Origin: a virus
Taxonomy: Duplodnaviria; Caudoviricetes
Virus record (IMG/VR): IMGVR_UViG_3300025103_000030
Coordinates: 1 to 48,582 of that record
Length of the DNA: 48,582 bases
Reading direction: 5' to 3' (one strand)
Positions 7,703 through 18,700 of the stretch are shown in pieces. The notes beneath the pieces were generated by a model. That model was not told the DNA's origin. It was given only the letters and a program-made list of their open reading frames with translations, and searched no databases. The position numbers were made by a program, and so were the translations under genes. Positions within the stretch are counted from its first letter, which is position 1. Every line of letters begins with the position of its first letter.

Positions 7703-8445
7703 GCCACTGGTACGATACAGATGGTAACCCACACTACGAGATCGAAGGCAAGACAGGTATTCGTAACACAACCCTGCGTGACGCTCGTAAGCATGGGTGG
7801 GTGCCGTCTGTGTCTACCATTTGGAAAGATGTAGTAGCATCTCCCGGTCTGAACAGGTACTTCCAAGAACAGTTGTTTCAATCAATGGTAGAATCAAAAC
7901 AGTTCTGGGATGAAGAGGAGTTAGCATTCAAGAAGCGTGTGTTTGCATTGTCCAAAGAGCATTCAACAAAGTCTGCTGAGAGAGGGACATACATGCACAA
8001 TCTTATTGAGCAACAACTACTCAATGGAAGTTGCGGATCGAAGGACCCAAACGAAATACACATGGTCATCCAAACCCTAGCAAAGATGAAGGAGGTATGC
8101 GGTGATCAGGATTGGAAGGTAGAGAAGTCATTCGCTCACCCAATGGGGTACGGAGGTAAGATAGATGTACACTCTGACGAGTGGGTAGTTGACTTCAAGA
8201 CCAAGGAAGTTTTGGATGAAGGTAAGAAGCCTGATGTGTACGACTCTCAGGGTGTGCAACTGGCGGCTTACAATCATGGGATAGGTGGAGGCAGGAAACT
8301 CCTCAACCTTTTTGTATCGTTTTCTTCTCCCGGTTATGTAGTAGAGTACCAATGGGAAGAAAGAGAGAGGCTGTTTAGTATGTTTGAAGCGGCCTTACAA
8401 TTATGGAAACTAACCAAGAGGTATGATGCTAGATGGCAAGCGTAA
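7699..8445 (+). CDS. PD-(D/E)XK exonuclease (Cas4/lambda-exonuclease-like)
   Basis: PSVSTI, RGT.MH, E...YGGKID, VDFKT, QLAAY motifs. Confidence 0.85.
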   Translation: MSHWYDTDGNPHYEIEGKTGIRNTTLRDARKHGWVPSVSTIWKDVVASPGLNRYFQEQLFQSMVESKQFWDEEELAFKKRVFALSKEHSTKSAERGTYMHNLIEQQLLNGSCGSKDPNEIHMVIQTLAKMKEVCGDQDWKVEKSFAHPMGYGGKIDVHSDEWVVDFKTKEVLDEGKKPDVYDSQGVQLAAYNHGIGGGRKLLNLFVSFSSPGYVVEYQWEERERLFSMFEAALQLWKLTKRYDARWQA

Positions 8446-8822
8446 ACAAAGCAATATTAGTTGGTCACGTTGGCAAGGAACCAGAGTTCCGCGAGACTAA
8501 ATCGGGAGACACAGTAGCGTCTTTCTCACTGGCAACCAACAGCGGTTACGGTGATAAGAAGACAACCGATTGGCATAGGGTTGTGTTCTTTGGTAAGACT
8601 GCTGATGTAATCAAGCAGTATGTAAACAAGGGATCACAAATCTATGTCGAGGGAAGAATTGCTAACCGTTCATATGATGACAAGGAGGGCATCAAGAGGT
8701 ACGTAACAGAGATTACAGGGTACACAATGCAGATGCTTGGGGGTGCGGGAGGAGAGAAGCACACCGCTGATGCAAGGAGTGATGTTGATGTAGTGGAGAA
8801 GGGAGAGGACATTCCCTTCTGA
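8433..8822 (+). CDS. ssb: Single-stranded DNA-binding protein
   Basis: VNKAILVGHVGKEPE, DWHRVVFFG, KGSQIYVEG, acidic DIPF C-terminus. Confidence 0.95.
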   Translation: MASVNKAILVGHVGKEPEFRETKSGDTVASFSLATNSGYGDKKTTDWHRVVFFGKTADVIKQYVNKGSQIYVEGRIANRSYDDKEGIKRYVTEITGYTMQMLGGAGGEKHTADARSDVDVVEKGEDIPF

Positions 8823-8835
8823 TCTAGCAGAGCAG

Positions 8836-9015
8836 ATGCAATATTCATTTGCTAGATACTGCTACCGTAAGTCGAGAAAAGACTCCTCAAAAAACTGGAG
8901 CGATGTATTCAAAAGTTTTTGGGGAGTCTCTCTTGAAGAGTACATAGAGTACGCAATCAAACATAAACTGAAAGACAGTTACGAGGAACTTGAATGTCAT
9001 TTTACAGAGAAGTAA
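8836..9015 (+). CDS. Small hypothetical protein (59 aa; not in ORF track)
   Basis: MQYSFARYCYRKS...FTEK fills the gap between ssb and the next gene. Confidence 0.5.
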   Translation: MQYSFARYCYRKSRKDSSKNWSDVFKSFWGVSLEEYIEYAIKHKLKDSYEELECHFTEK

Positions 9016-9275
9016 GATTTTTCAAACGATCACAGGGTACAAGAACAGTGATCCTGCAAACCTATCCTGTCATCATAGATATCTTAGCCATATGTTGGGC
9101 CAAGAAATCAAACAGGAAACAGGAAGTCCTTTCTAAGGATATGGTAACAGCCAGTACCTTCAGCGAGGTTACAGTTTACGAGATAGGCCTTGCCGATAAC
9201 AGCAAGTGGATCATTCCAATGTCTGAGGTTTCCAAGTTGGAGATAGAAGTAGACGAGGGGCCTGTCACGTTATGA
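8994..9275 (+). CDS. Hypothetical protein
   Basis: 93-aa ORF, GAGG RBS, ATGA overlap with nrdJ. Confidence 0.65.
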   Translation: MSFYREVRFFKRSQGTRTVILQTYPVIIDILAICWAKKSNRKQEVLSKDMVTASTFSEVTVYEIGLADNSKWIIPMSEVSKLEIEVDEGPVTL

Positions 9276-11122
9276 ATGAGTACCAAAAGTTTATACACAA
9301 GTCTAGGTACGCCAAGTATCTGGATGATCAGAAGAGAAGAGAGACTTGGGAGGAGACAGTAGAGAGATACGTAGACTTCTTCCAGAATAGAACGTCAATC
9401 AATCTTGGGCCTGTTCGTGATGCCATAGTTAACATGGATGTCATGCCTAGCATGAGGTGCATGATGACTGCGGGTAAGGCATTGGATAGAGATGCAGTCG
9501 CCGGATATAATTGCTCGTACCTTCCTATCGACAGCCCAAGGGCATTCGATGAATGTATGTATGTTCTCATGTGTGGCACAGGAGTAGGCTTTAGTGTGGA
9601 GCGAGGCTACATAAACATGCTACCGCATGTAGCAGATGAGTTCCACGAAAGTGATTCGGTTATCGTTGTAAGCGATAGCAAGATTGGGTGGGCAAAGGCC
9701 CTTAAGGAACTGGTCAGCCTGTTGTATGCGGGGCAGGTTCCCACATGGGATGTGTCCAAGATCAGACCTTCGGGCGCTAGGCTCAAGACATTCGGGGGCA
9801 GGGCATCAGGCCCAGAGCCACTGGAAAAACTGTTCCGTCACTTTGTCAGCGTGTTCAGAGGAGCATCAGGCAGGAGACTAAACTCCATAGAGTGTCACGA
9901 TCTGGTGTGCTTTATCGGTGAGTCAGTGGTAGTCGGTGGTGTACGTAGATCAGCCACTATCTCGCTATCCAATCTGACTGATGATCGTATGCGTCATGCC
10001 AAGTCTGGTCAGTGGTGGACTGAGAATCCTCAACGAGCATTGGCTAACAATAGCGTGTGCTACACAGAGAAGCCTGACATGGGTGTATTCCTACGAGAGT
10101 GGACCGCTCTGTATGAAAGCCGTAGTGGAGAGCGTGGCATCTTCAATCGTGAAGCCGCAAAGAGAATGGTTCCAGAGCGTAGGGACAGTGAGCATGAGTT
10201 CGGTTGCAATCCCTGTTCGGAAATTCTGCTCAGGCCAAAAGAATTCTGCAATCTTTCAGAAGCAGTGTGCAGAGAGGGAGACACACTTGAGGACATCAGG
10301 AACAAGGTAGAGATAGCCACTATCATTGGCACTCTACAGTCCACGTTAACTGACTTTAGGTATCTGTCTCCCGCATGGAAGAGGAACACTGAGGAAGAGA
10401 GACTGCTTGGCGTTAGCCTGACAGGTATCATGGATTGCCCTGTTGTTATGAATGCCAGTGCAGATGAGTTGGAGTCTCTCAAGACTCACGCTATCAAAGT
10501 AAACAAACAGTGGGCAAAGAAACTAGGCATCCCAGAGAGTACCGCTATCACTTGTGTCAAGCCATCAGGCACGGTCAGTCAACTTGTGAACAGTGCATCA
10601 GGTATACACCCTCGTTACAATTCACACCTGATCAGGAGGGTTCGCAACGATAAGAAAGACCCGCTATCACAGGCGCTGATTGATTGCAATGTACCCTACC
10701 ACACTGACCCGTACAACGCAGAGGCTTGGGTGTTTGAGTTCCCTCAGAAGTCTCCCAAGAAGTCACTGACTAGGCATGACCTGTCAGCCTTGGAGCATCT
10801 GGAGATATGGAGGAAGTTCTCTATGCACTGGTGCGAACACAAACCTTCAGTCACTATCTACGTTAAGGAGCATGAGTGGGTAGAGGTAGGCGCATGGGTG
10901 TGGCACAACTTTGATATTATATCTGGCGTGTCCTTCCTGCCTAGCGCAGACGAGGCACACTCGTATGAGTCTGCTCCGTATGAGGATTGCGACGAGGCAG
11001 AGTACAAGGCCAGAGCCAAGCAGATACCAAAGGAAATTGATTGGGACTTGATCCTTGAAGAGGAAGACGTTACCACTAGCAGTCAGGAATTTGCCTGTAC
11101 AGGAGGGGCATGTGAACTGTGA
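9272..11122 (+). CDS. nrdJ: Class II (adenosylcobalamin-dependent, monomeric RTPR-type) ribonucleotide reductase
   Basis: RETW.E...RY, YNC, GTGVGFS, LKTFGG.ASGP, VGGVRRSA, NPCSE catalytic loop, TCVKPSGT, C-terminal ACTGGACE; no beta-subunit gene nearby. Confidence 0.93.
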   Translation: MNEYQKFIHKSRYAKYLDDQKRRETWEETVERYVDFFQNRTSINLGPVRDAIVNMDVMPSMRCMMTAGKALDRDAVAGYNCSYLPIDSPRAFDECMYVLMCGTGVGFSVERGYINMLPHVADEFHESDSVIVVSDSKIGWAKALKELVSLLYAGQVPTWDVSKIRPSGARLKTFGGRASGPEPLEKLFRHFVSVFRGASGRRLNSIECHDLVCFIGESVVVGGVRRSATISLSNLTDDRMRHAKSGQWWTENPQRALANNSVCYTEKPDMGVFLREWTALYESRSGERGIFNREAAKRMVPERRDSEHEFGCNPCSEILLRPKEFCNLSEAVCREGDTLEDIRNKVEIATIIGTLQSTLTDFRYLSPAWKRNTEEERLLGVSLTGIMDCPVVMNASADELESLKTHAIKVNKQWAKKLGIPESTAITCVKPSGTVSQLVNSASGIHPRYNSHLIRRVRNDKKDPLSQALIDCNVPYHTDPYNAEAWVFEFPQKSPKKSLTRHDLSALEHLEIWRKFSMHWCEHKPSVTIYVKEHEWVEVGAWVWHNFDIISGVSFLPSADEAHSYESAPYEDCDEAEYKARAKQIPKEIDWDLILEEEDVTTSSQEFACTGGACEL

Positions 11123-11346
11123 AGATAAATTGGGGAAAGGAGGGGGGCTTCAACATGGGTGCTATAGAAGGCACTGACTACAGGTGCGAAAGGTTTTGGA
11201 TTCCTAAAGGTGAGCAGAAAGAACATTGGTTCTTGCTGTCAAAGCCAACTGGTAAACACTACCTATGTACCAAGGGTCCTTACACCACACCACAAGAACG
11301 CGACACTGCAATAGTCGAGGAGGTTCGTAGGCGTGAAACCCAATAA
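11119..11346 (+). CDS. Hypothetical protein
   Basis: 75-aa ORF, GTGA overlap, GGAGG RBS. Confidence 0.65.
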   Translation: MKINWGKEGGFNMGAIEGTDYRCERFWIPKGEQKEHWFLLSKPTGKHYLCTKGPYTTPQERDTAIVEEVRRRETQ

Positions 11347-11719
11347 CCGTTGGACTCTGGAAGAGAGCGACATAACTGAGAGCCTGTGTACCAAGTGCGC
11401 TATATGTTGTGAGATTGAAATCAACCCTAGTTGGAAAGACCCAAGGAAGATGCAGTGGTTACATGCCATAGTAGAAAAGCATCCCCACATTGAAGCCACA
11501 GAAACTGGCATCAAGATTAGATGCTCTCACCTAGTAGACGATTACAAGTGTGGGATATACAAGGATCGTCCTCAAATGTGCAGTGACTTTAACTGTGTCG
11601 CATGGGCCAAGGTCAGTAACAACAGGGAGCAGTACAACAAGGTATTAAATATATTTAATTCAGAAAGGGTCAGAGATGCAAAAGCAAACTTATATGGTGG
11701 AAGATGGGGGAAGCACTAA
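11333..11719 (+). CDS. YkgJ/CxxCxxCC zinc- or iron-chelating cysteine-cluster protein
   Basis: CTKCAICC ... CSHL....C.IY..RP..C..FNC. Confidence 0.8.
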   Translation: MKPNNRWTLEESDITESLCTKCAICCEIEINPSWKDPRKMQWLHAIVEKHPHIEATETGIKIRCSHLVDDYKCGIYKDRPQMCSDFNCVAWAKVSNNREQYNKVLNIFNSERVRDAKANLYGGRWGKH

Positions 11720-12502
11720 ATGAACTTGCTAATAATTCCTGATGCACATGCCAACCCAGACTATGACAATGAAAGGTTTACCCATCTGGGTAAGTTCATT
11801 GTGGCTCACAAGCCAGAGTACATAGTATGTCTGGGTGACTTTGCTGACATGCCATCACTATCTTCATACGACAAGGGAACCAAAGGCTTTGAAGGCAAAC
11901 GCTATAAGAAAGATATAAATAGTTGTATTGAAGCCCAAGAGAAACTTATGGAACCGTTGAGGGCGTACAACGCCCAGAAGAAAAAGAACAAAGATAAGCA
12001 GTACAAACCTAAGATGCACATGTGCCTTGGCAACCATGAAGATCGTATCAGCAGGGCCACTAACTATGCCCCTGAGTTGGATGGGGCTATAGGTATTAAG
12101 GACTTGCAGTACGAGAAGAATGGATGGAAGGTTACACCATTCAAGTCAGTGCTAACTGTGGCAGGGATATCCTTCAGCCACTACTTTACCTCTGGCATAT
12201 CTGGAAGGCCCATCAGTAGCGTCCACCTTGGCTTCACACTGGTTTCCAAACTACACTGTAGTGCGGTGCAGGGTCACACACATTTGTACAACCACGCTGA
12301 ACAGACGAGGCCTGACGGCCAGAAAATATTCGGCCTTAGTGCCGGATGCTATAGTCACCCGCAATACTCTGAGAACTGGTGCAGAGACACTGAGCATCAG
12401 TGGTGGAGAGGGGTGATTATGTTAAACCAACTAGATGGTGAGGGTTACTACGACGAGATAGTTGCTGTTACTCAGAGGAAACTGTCGAGGGAATATCAGT
12501 AA
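11720..12502 (+). CDS. Calcineurin-like metallophosphoesterase
   Basis: DAH, GDFAD, GNHE, SH, GHTH motifs. Confidence 0.9.
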   Translation: MNLLIIPDAHANPDYDNERFTHLGKFIVAHKPEYIVCLGDFADMPSLSSYDKGTKGFEGKRYKKDINSCIEAQEKLMEPLRAYNAQKKKNKDKQYKPKMHMCLGNHEDRISRATNYAPELDGAIGIKDLQYEKNGWKVTPFKSVLTVAGISFSHYFTSGISGRPISSVHLGFTLVSKLHCSAVQGHTHLYNHAEQTRPDGQKIFGLSAGCYSHPQYSENWCRDTEHQWWRGVIMLNQLDGEGYYDEIVAVTQRKLSREYQ

Positions 12503-12704
12503 TGGACACCACGCAACCGATGGGGAAGGCAGTGACACCAAAGTAATTGTCCTCTACATCCTTGGTGTTGGCAATCTTCAGCACCTTTGAGTCTTTAACG
12601 ATGAGGTATCCGATAGACCAAAAGGTTTGCGGCTCTATCTCATCTTCTTTTTCCCACCCTGCTGATGCGTAGATGTCTAACCATTCTACGCAGACCAATC
12701 TCAT
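12468..12704 (-). CDS. Conserved small phage hypothetical protein
   Basis: V.VEWLD...GW...SIGYL...FP.GCV pattern; ATGA overlap with the giant gene. Confidence 0.65.
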   Translation of the reverse strand: MRLVCVEWLDIYASAGWEKEDEIEPQTFWSIGYLIVKDSKVLKIANTKDVEDNYFGVTAFPIGCVVSITDIPSTVSSE

Positions 12705-15700
12705 AGCGTCCTCTCTATACCAGATGTCTTCCTGTTAAACTCTGCTTTCTCTTCTCTTGCCTCATCAATTCTTCTAGTCAACTCGTTGACCTTTCTCTTC
12801 CTCTGCTTTGGTGTGAGACTTCTGTTCTTTTTGGCTGAAGTTCTGTCTGCCTTAAGTTCTCTTATATCAGATAGGTGTCTCTTGTTCTGTGCTGAACGTT
12901 CATCAGGAGATATTGCGTATGGGTTAATGCCGACAGAAGAACCAATCAATTTGAAGGCGCTAGTCTTAACATCCCCATACCTGTTAGTTCTTCCCAACAT
13001 AAAGTCAAACAACTTTCCTTCTATCTCTGTAGGATCAAGCCTGTACATGGCCTCACCTATCGAGGACACAGACACTAGCCCATTACGAGTTAGAAAAGGA
13101 GGCATCATCATTGAGTTCATATAACTAAGGTGATCAAAAATTCTATCAGATAATGGATCGTCCTCATTGACAATTTTGTAACCACTCCAAGGGTCTTCCC
13201 CTGTCATAAATGTGCTTACCATTTGCCAACCGGGGCCTATGACTCCACCCTCAATCATTGCTCTTGCAACATCTCCTTGACCAAGTTTAGTTCCCATCTG
13301 CTGATACCAAGACCAAGGGAAGAAGTAGGAGATATCAACAGCCTGCCATCTACCTTCTGAATCCTTCCAAGGCAGGAACAACATCGTGTTATCCTTTGTA
13401 AACTCAGGCAGTAACTCTTCCATCTTATCCCAATCATCCTCCATGAATGGAAGGGAACCGAACAGAGCCTGTGCGCTACCAATCAACATCATGTATGGGA
13501 GGAACCTATGGTACTTGCTTGGGTCATTCAGAACCTTGGCTAACTCAGGCAACACTTTAACTTGGAACGTGATGAATGGCGCTCCAAGGAAGGACGATCT
13601 CAAACCTCTGACTGTGGGGTTAACCTCGCTGTAGTCAAACAAAATTCTATTCGCTTCCTGCACAGCGATGTCTTCTATGGATAGCAGGTCCGTTTTCTCC
13701 TTAGAAAGAATCTGATTAAGTTCTGCGATCTGAGTATCGTTGCTAAGTTTGTCCATGATGACAGCAACCTTACCTAGTATCTCTATGTTCTGGTAAAGGT
13801 CACCACCAAACTCAGAGATTTTGTTCCACATCTTCTGACCACCAGTTAGTATTCCCCACACACCTTCCTTCTCCATGTGTTGGAACACTATCTCCATCTT
13901 CTTCAACTCAGCAGATGTAAGTGTCGTGCCGGATACTCCCTGCTCTTTGGCTAATTCATATGCAGTAAACTTCTTGCCTGTTACTGAGTTAGTGAAGACC
14001 ATTCCTGAGTCTTCTCCTCTCATCTCTTTGAGCGCGGCCCTTAATAGTTTAGGCTGTCTACGGAAAGATACTCCACCTATTAACTGCATCAACACCAAGT
14101 TAGATATAAAGTTTCTTACCACTGTCGGCGGGTTGAGGGGAACCTTAAGAGTCTTGAATGCACTTACTAACTTAGCATGTTTACCATATGGGAGTAGCAT
14201 TCTTTGGAACAGATTCTGTTCTCCAGTTACCATGTCTGCGTTGCCCATGATATCTTCGTGAATCTCTTTACGAACGTACAGTCCTGCCATCGAGCCATAC
14301 TTATCTGGCTTGTTAGGTATAGGCCTGAACATTTTCATATCATAGTTATCACTGTAATAACTTTCTAATCCTGTTCCGTCACCAACAGCAATGCCAAGAC
14401 CTTTGTAGAATCTCTCACGTGCGGCCTCAAGTTTTGCTACTTGCTCCTCTGCGGCGGCTATTGCTTCAGGCTTAATTGCTTTATAGTTTCTTCCTGCTTC
14501 GATAAATCTTTGGTAGTCTGATATCTGGTTTTCAAGCCTAGCAAGAGTTGTTTTTCTAGTACCCTCTGTTCCATCTTTCTTTGTATAAGGAACTTCAACC
14601 CACTGCTTTGGCATTACCCAAGGAACTTCTCCTGCCACATACTTTTCTTCTTGTGGCATATCTTTTATCTGTTTATTTATTTCTTTTATTTCATCGTCGA
14701 TAGAAGTTTTCTCTTCCTTAGTAGTTGCGTTGTCTCTGTCAACCATCTTCTGGTTTAGTTTTACGTTAAGTTCTTTCAAAGCATCAGACTCTTCAATAGC
14801 AGAACGCACTGACAATTGCTTAAGGTAATCTATTAAAACTATGTCATGTTGAGGAATTGTTAATGCACTGTAAAGAAGATACTTAACGTCCTTAATTTCT
14901 CCCCACATTTCCCTTACAGATTCATCAAAATCTTTCCTTGTCTTAGCCCAAAATTGTCCACTAGTTCTAAACTTTCCACCTACGTCAGTAGTGTGGCTAA
15001 GAATATGAGTAAGGTAAACCCTTGGAAGGTACGCCCCCCTAAGTTCTGCAAGTTGTGCTTTGCTTGCCTCTGGAAACATCTCTCTTAAGTCTGCTTCATT
15101 AGCAATTTCTTCAATCTTATTTTTTAATCCGATAGAAGCCTGTTGTAGTTGCTTGTCTACCGTTGAGGTTTCAGCAAAGGTAGCACCTTGAGTCGTAAAG
15201 AATTCAAACAGTTCTTGGTTTTGTTCCTCTGTTAGGTTGTCGTATGCCTTGAGGATATCCCTACCCATTGACTCAATCTCACCCATCTTTCCTGCGAGTA
15301 GTGATCTCAATTTTCTTAACAGTCTTGAGTTGTTAAGATTAGCAAACGGATCAAAGAACTTCTTTGTTGCTCTCCATGCAGAGCCTGCCTTCTCAGTGTA
15401 GCCTGCTCTCTCTGCGGCATCATGCAGTTTCCTTCCACCCTCTGTTTCAAGGATACGATCAGCCGCTCCCTGAACCAATGAGTAGTACTCCTCATCGTCA
15501 GAGTCAATGGTTGTTTGGTTGTTTCTTTGTGCCATACCACGTGCCGCACCTCTTGCAAATGCAATCAGTTGCCCGTCAGACACTGGCCTTCCAATGTACA
15601 TCTGGAATCTTGCGGCTAATCTCTTCAGTGTATCAAAGATCATTTGCCAGAAAGAATTCTTGTAGTCAGCATTGGACTCAACAAAGTAGGCAAAGGCTTC

Positions 15701-18700
15701 TTCTGAAATATAGTTTTCCCTTGCAACATCATCAGCAAATGTTTTCTGGTCTGCTGACATGATAGCGGCATCAAATGCGTCAGCCCATTCTGGATTGTTT
15801 CGTCTGCTCTTTACTTCGTTAAGAATAGAGTTGAAGTCATCTCCGTATACCTGCTTCATTCCAAGGTGTACACCAATCTCATGCAGGTACAGCCCAGTGA
15901 TCTCGCTTTCCTTGATGTTGTTGGTTATGAACCAAGTCTTTCCGTTGCGAGTAACAGCATGAACACCCATGTTAATCAAGTTAAAGGGAACATCCTGTTG
16001 GTTCTGTACTATGATTACTTCGCCGCTTTTGATAAGCCTTTCCAAGTTTAGCCTGCCAACAGTACTACCAAGCACCTCTTTAAATCTCTTAGGTGTTAGT
16101 CCAGTGTTGTACTTGAAGGAGCCTTGCCCATCTGCGGGAATGGGTCGTACTATTGAGTAGTTCTCAAAGTCAGTCTCAAAGTTATCGTGGCTTATACGTA
16201 CTCTCATGTTGTTAGGAGTAGAGTTTTGATCAACCTCAATTGTCATACCCTTAGAGAATTTGGTTACGTCCTTCTTGCCTTTTACGCTTACTTGAAACTT
16301 TAAGTCTGGCGCTTTTCCTCCAGTAAACTGCACGTAAGCATAGTCACTTACCTTTTGTGTTACTTTCCACTTGCCTCCATACTTGTCCTCAAAACTTTGT
16401 CCTACATCCATGCGATAAAAAATAGTATCACCTGTTATAGGTTTAGCAACTACCTGCTCAGTGTCTGTAGGAGCATCAGGTGTAGTTTGTCTTGCTTCTC
16501 CAACAAATAATTCGTCTGTGTCTGTAGTAGTTACAGGTTTAGTTGGCTTGTCTTCCTTCTTCTTAGTGTCTGTAGTAGTTACAGGTTTAGTTACAACAGG
16601 AACGGCTTGCTCTTCTCGTTTCTTCCTGTCTGCTTCTGCCTTTTTTATTACTGCTTTTGCAAATTTGTCAGCGGCCTTTTGTGTTTCCTTGTCATCAGCC
16701 AATTTCTTTGCGGCATCTGGATCAGACATAGCCGCAACCAAATCGTCCCTGCTTACTACATTCCCTCCAAGTTCGTACTCAGTTTTTACTCCAAACCCTT
16801 TTCTTTTTAATACACTAGTTTCTACAACAGGCATTACAGTTGTGCCTAACTCAACCCCTTCTTCTCCGGGGCTGTATGTATACCTAACCTCAGTAGGAAC
16901 TCCTTCACCAGAAACTCTAAGCGCCTTCTCCTTGCTCTTCAATCCTTGTGGAAGTTTGTATACTTTAAGTTGTCCTGCTGTTCTTTCTTCTACATCATTA
17001 AGATAGTCAGCCGTTTCTTGAGCAGTAGCACCCGTAAGGTCGCTAACTCCATCAACATTAACAGTGTACTTTTTATTTAGTTTTGAGTAGTACACTCGTA
17101 CAATAGTAGGCTCGTCTGATGCAGTCTCTGCAAATACTCTTACAGGAATTTGTTTTTCTTTTGCGTCCCCATACTCTGGAGTGTAAACAACCATGCTATC
17201 TGGAGGGCCTATGTCCTCAATAGGAGCGGCTTCACCAACATCTACAATCTTCTGTGGCCTTACTACCTGAACTCTTTGATAGTTAAGTAGATCAACATAA
17301 ATAACATTAGAGTACGTTCCTTCAACAACTTTACCTACAGAAGGGTCAGGCTTTGCCTTGTCTTTAGGCATCTGTATAGAGACACTTGTTCCTGCGTCTA
17401 CCGATGAGATAGTTCCTGATATGATAGAGCCATCGTACATCTCAAACACTGCTTTATTGCCTACGTTTTCAGACAACGAATCTGCTCTGGCTTTCTGTAA
17501 ACGCTCCCTATCTGCACCAAACATCCCATACCTGTGTGCAGTCTCGCCAAACACAGCGTCTACAAATTCATTGTATTGAATTAAGTCGCCTTTACCATCA
17601 GACAAGTTATAAGAAGCAACTAACCTAGCACCTTTCTCTGGACCTGCTTCTACCAATGCTTCATAACTGCTCATAGCCCCAATAAGTTCAGGCACAACTG
17701 CTGTTTGAGTAGCCTCTAGTACAGAGTCAGCACTAATAGTAATAATATTATCGGCATAATTATCACTACCAAGCGCCTCGATGTTAACGAAACCCTTCTT
17801 GAGTTGATTCTGTCTGGTAGAGTGTCTTACCTCAAATTTAAACTTAGAATCTTCTATAGGTTTAAATCCACTTGGTATACGCACAGCATAACGTCTTCCT
17901 AGTGCGCGTAATTTATCAAGGTTTTGTTTTCTAATTTTGTTTACTTTAGAAAGAACACTAGGCTTGACAACAGCAGTAACCCTGCCTCCACGTAAAGACT
18001 GGGCTATATCAGTGGTAAGAAACTTTTTATTTTTGGTTGTATCTACAACACGTTTAATCTTTCTAGTCTTACCTGCTGTCTCAGTAGCCCTTGCAATAAG
18101 GGAATCTTTAAGGGCATCTACTTTTGCCTCATGTTCCTGCTTGTTGGTAAAGGTAATGTATACTTCGACATCAGAAATGGGAGACAACATTGCAGGATCG
18201 AAATCTACTTCCTCATCCTTCTTTCTTTTTATTACAGTCACTCCAGTCTTTCTGTCAACAAATGCTTTGTCCACTGTTTCTGGATTGGGTATTGTGTCTG
18301 GAGTTACAACCTCAATAAAGTCAGAATCTCTTAATTGTTTTGTAGTTGATCTTTGCTCTACTCCAATGATGTCAGTCTTTAGTACTAACTGTCCTGCTAC
18401 TTTAAGGTAGGCGTTGCTGAGATCACCCTTGGCAGTGTTCCATTGAGGCACTGTACCGATGTCTTCCCAAGGATAGAAAACACCTTCATCTAGCCCCTTC
18501 TCTTTCGCTACTGATTCACGAACCTTTACTCTGGTTGTTTCAGGTGTTGGCCTTTCACCAGTTGCGGGGTCTAGAGCATCTAGTTCTACGTAAGGCCTTT
18601 CTGTTTCAGGACGCTTCTTAGTAACCTTACCTTTAGCCCTTTGCTTTAGTTTTCTTGTTATTAATGCTTGCGCTTGGCCTACCTTCTTATTGAAATCTGT

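Noticed and set aside
7699-8445. CRISPR-associated Cas4 / CRISPR locus
   Set aside because: No repeat-spacer array or other cas genes seen; context (SSB, annealing protein) fits a recombination exonuclease
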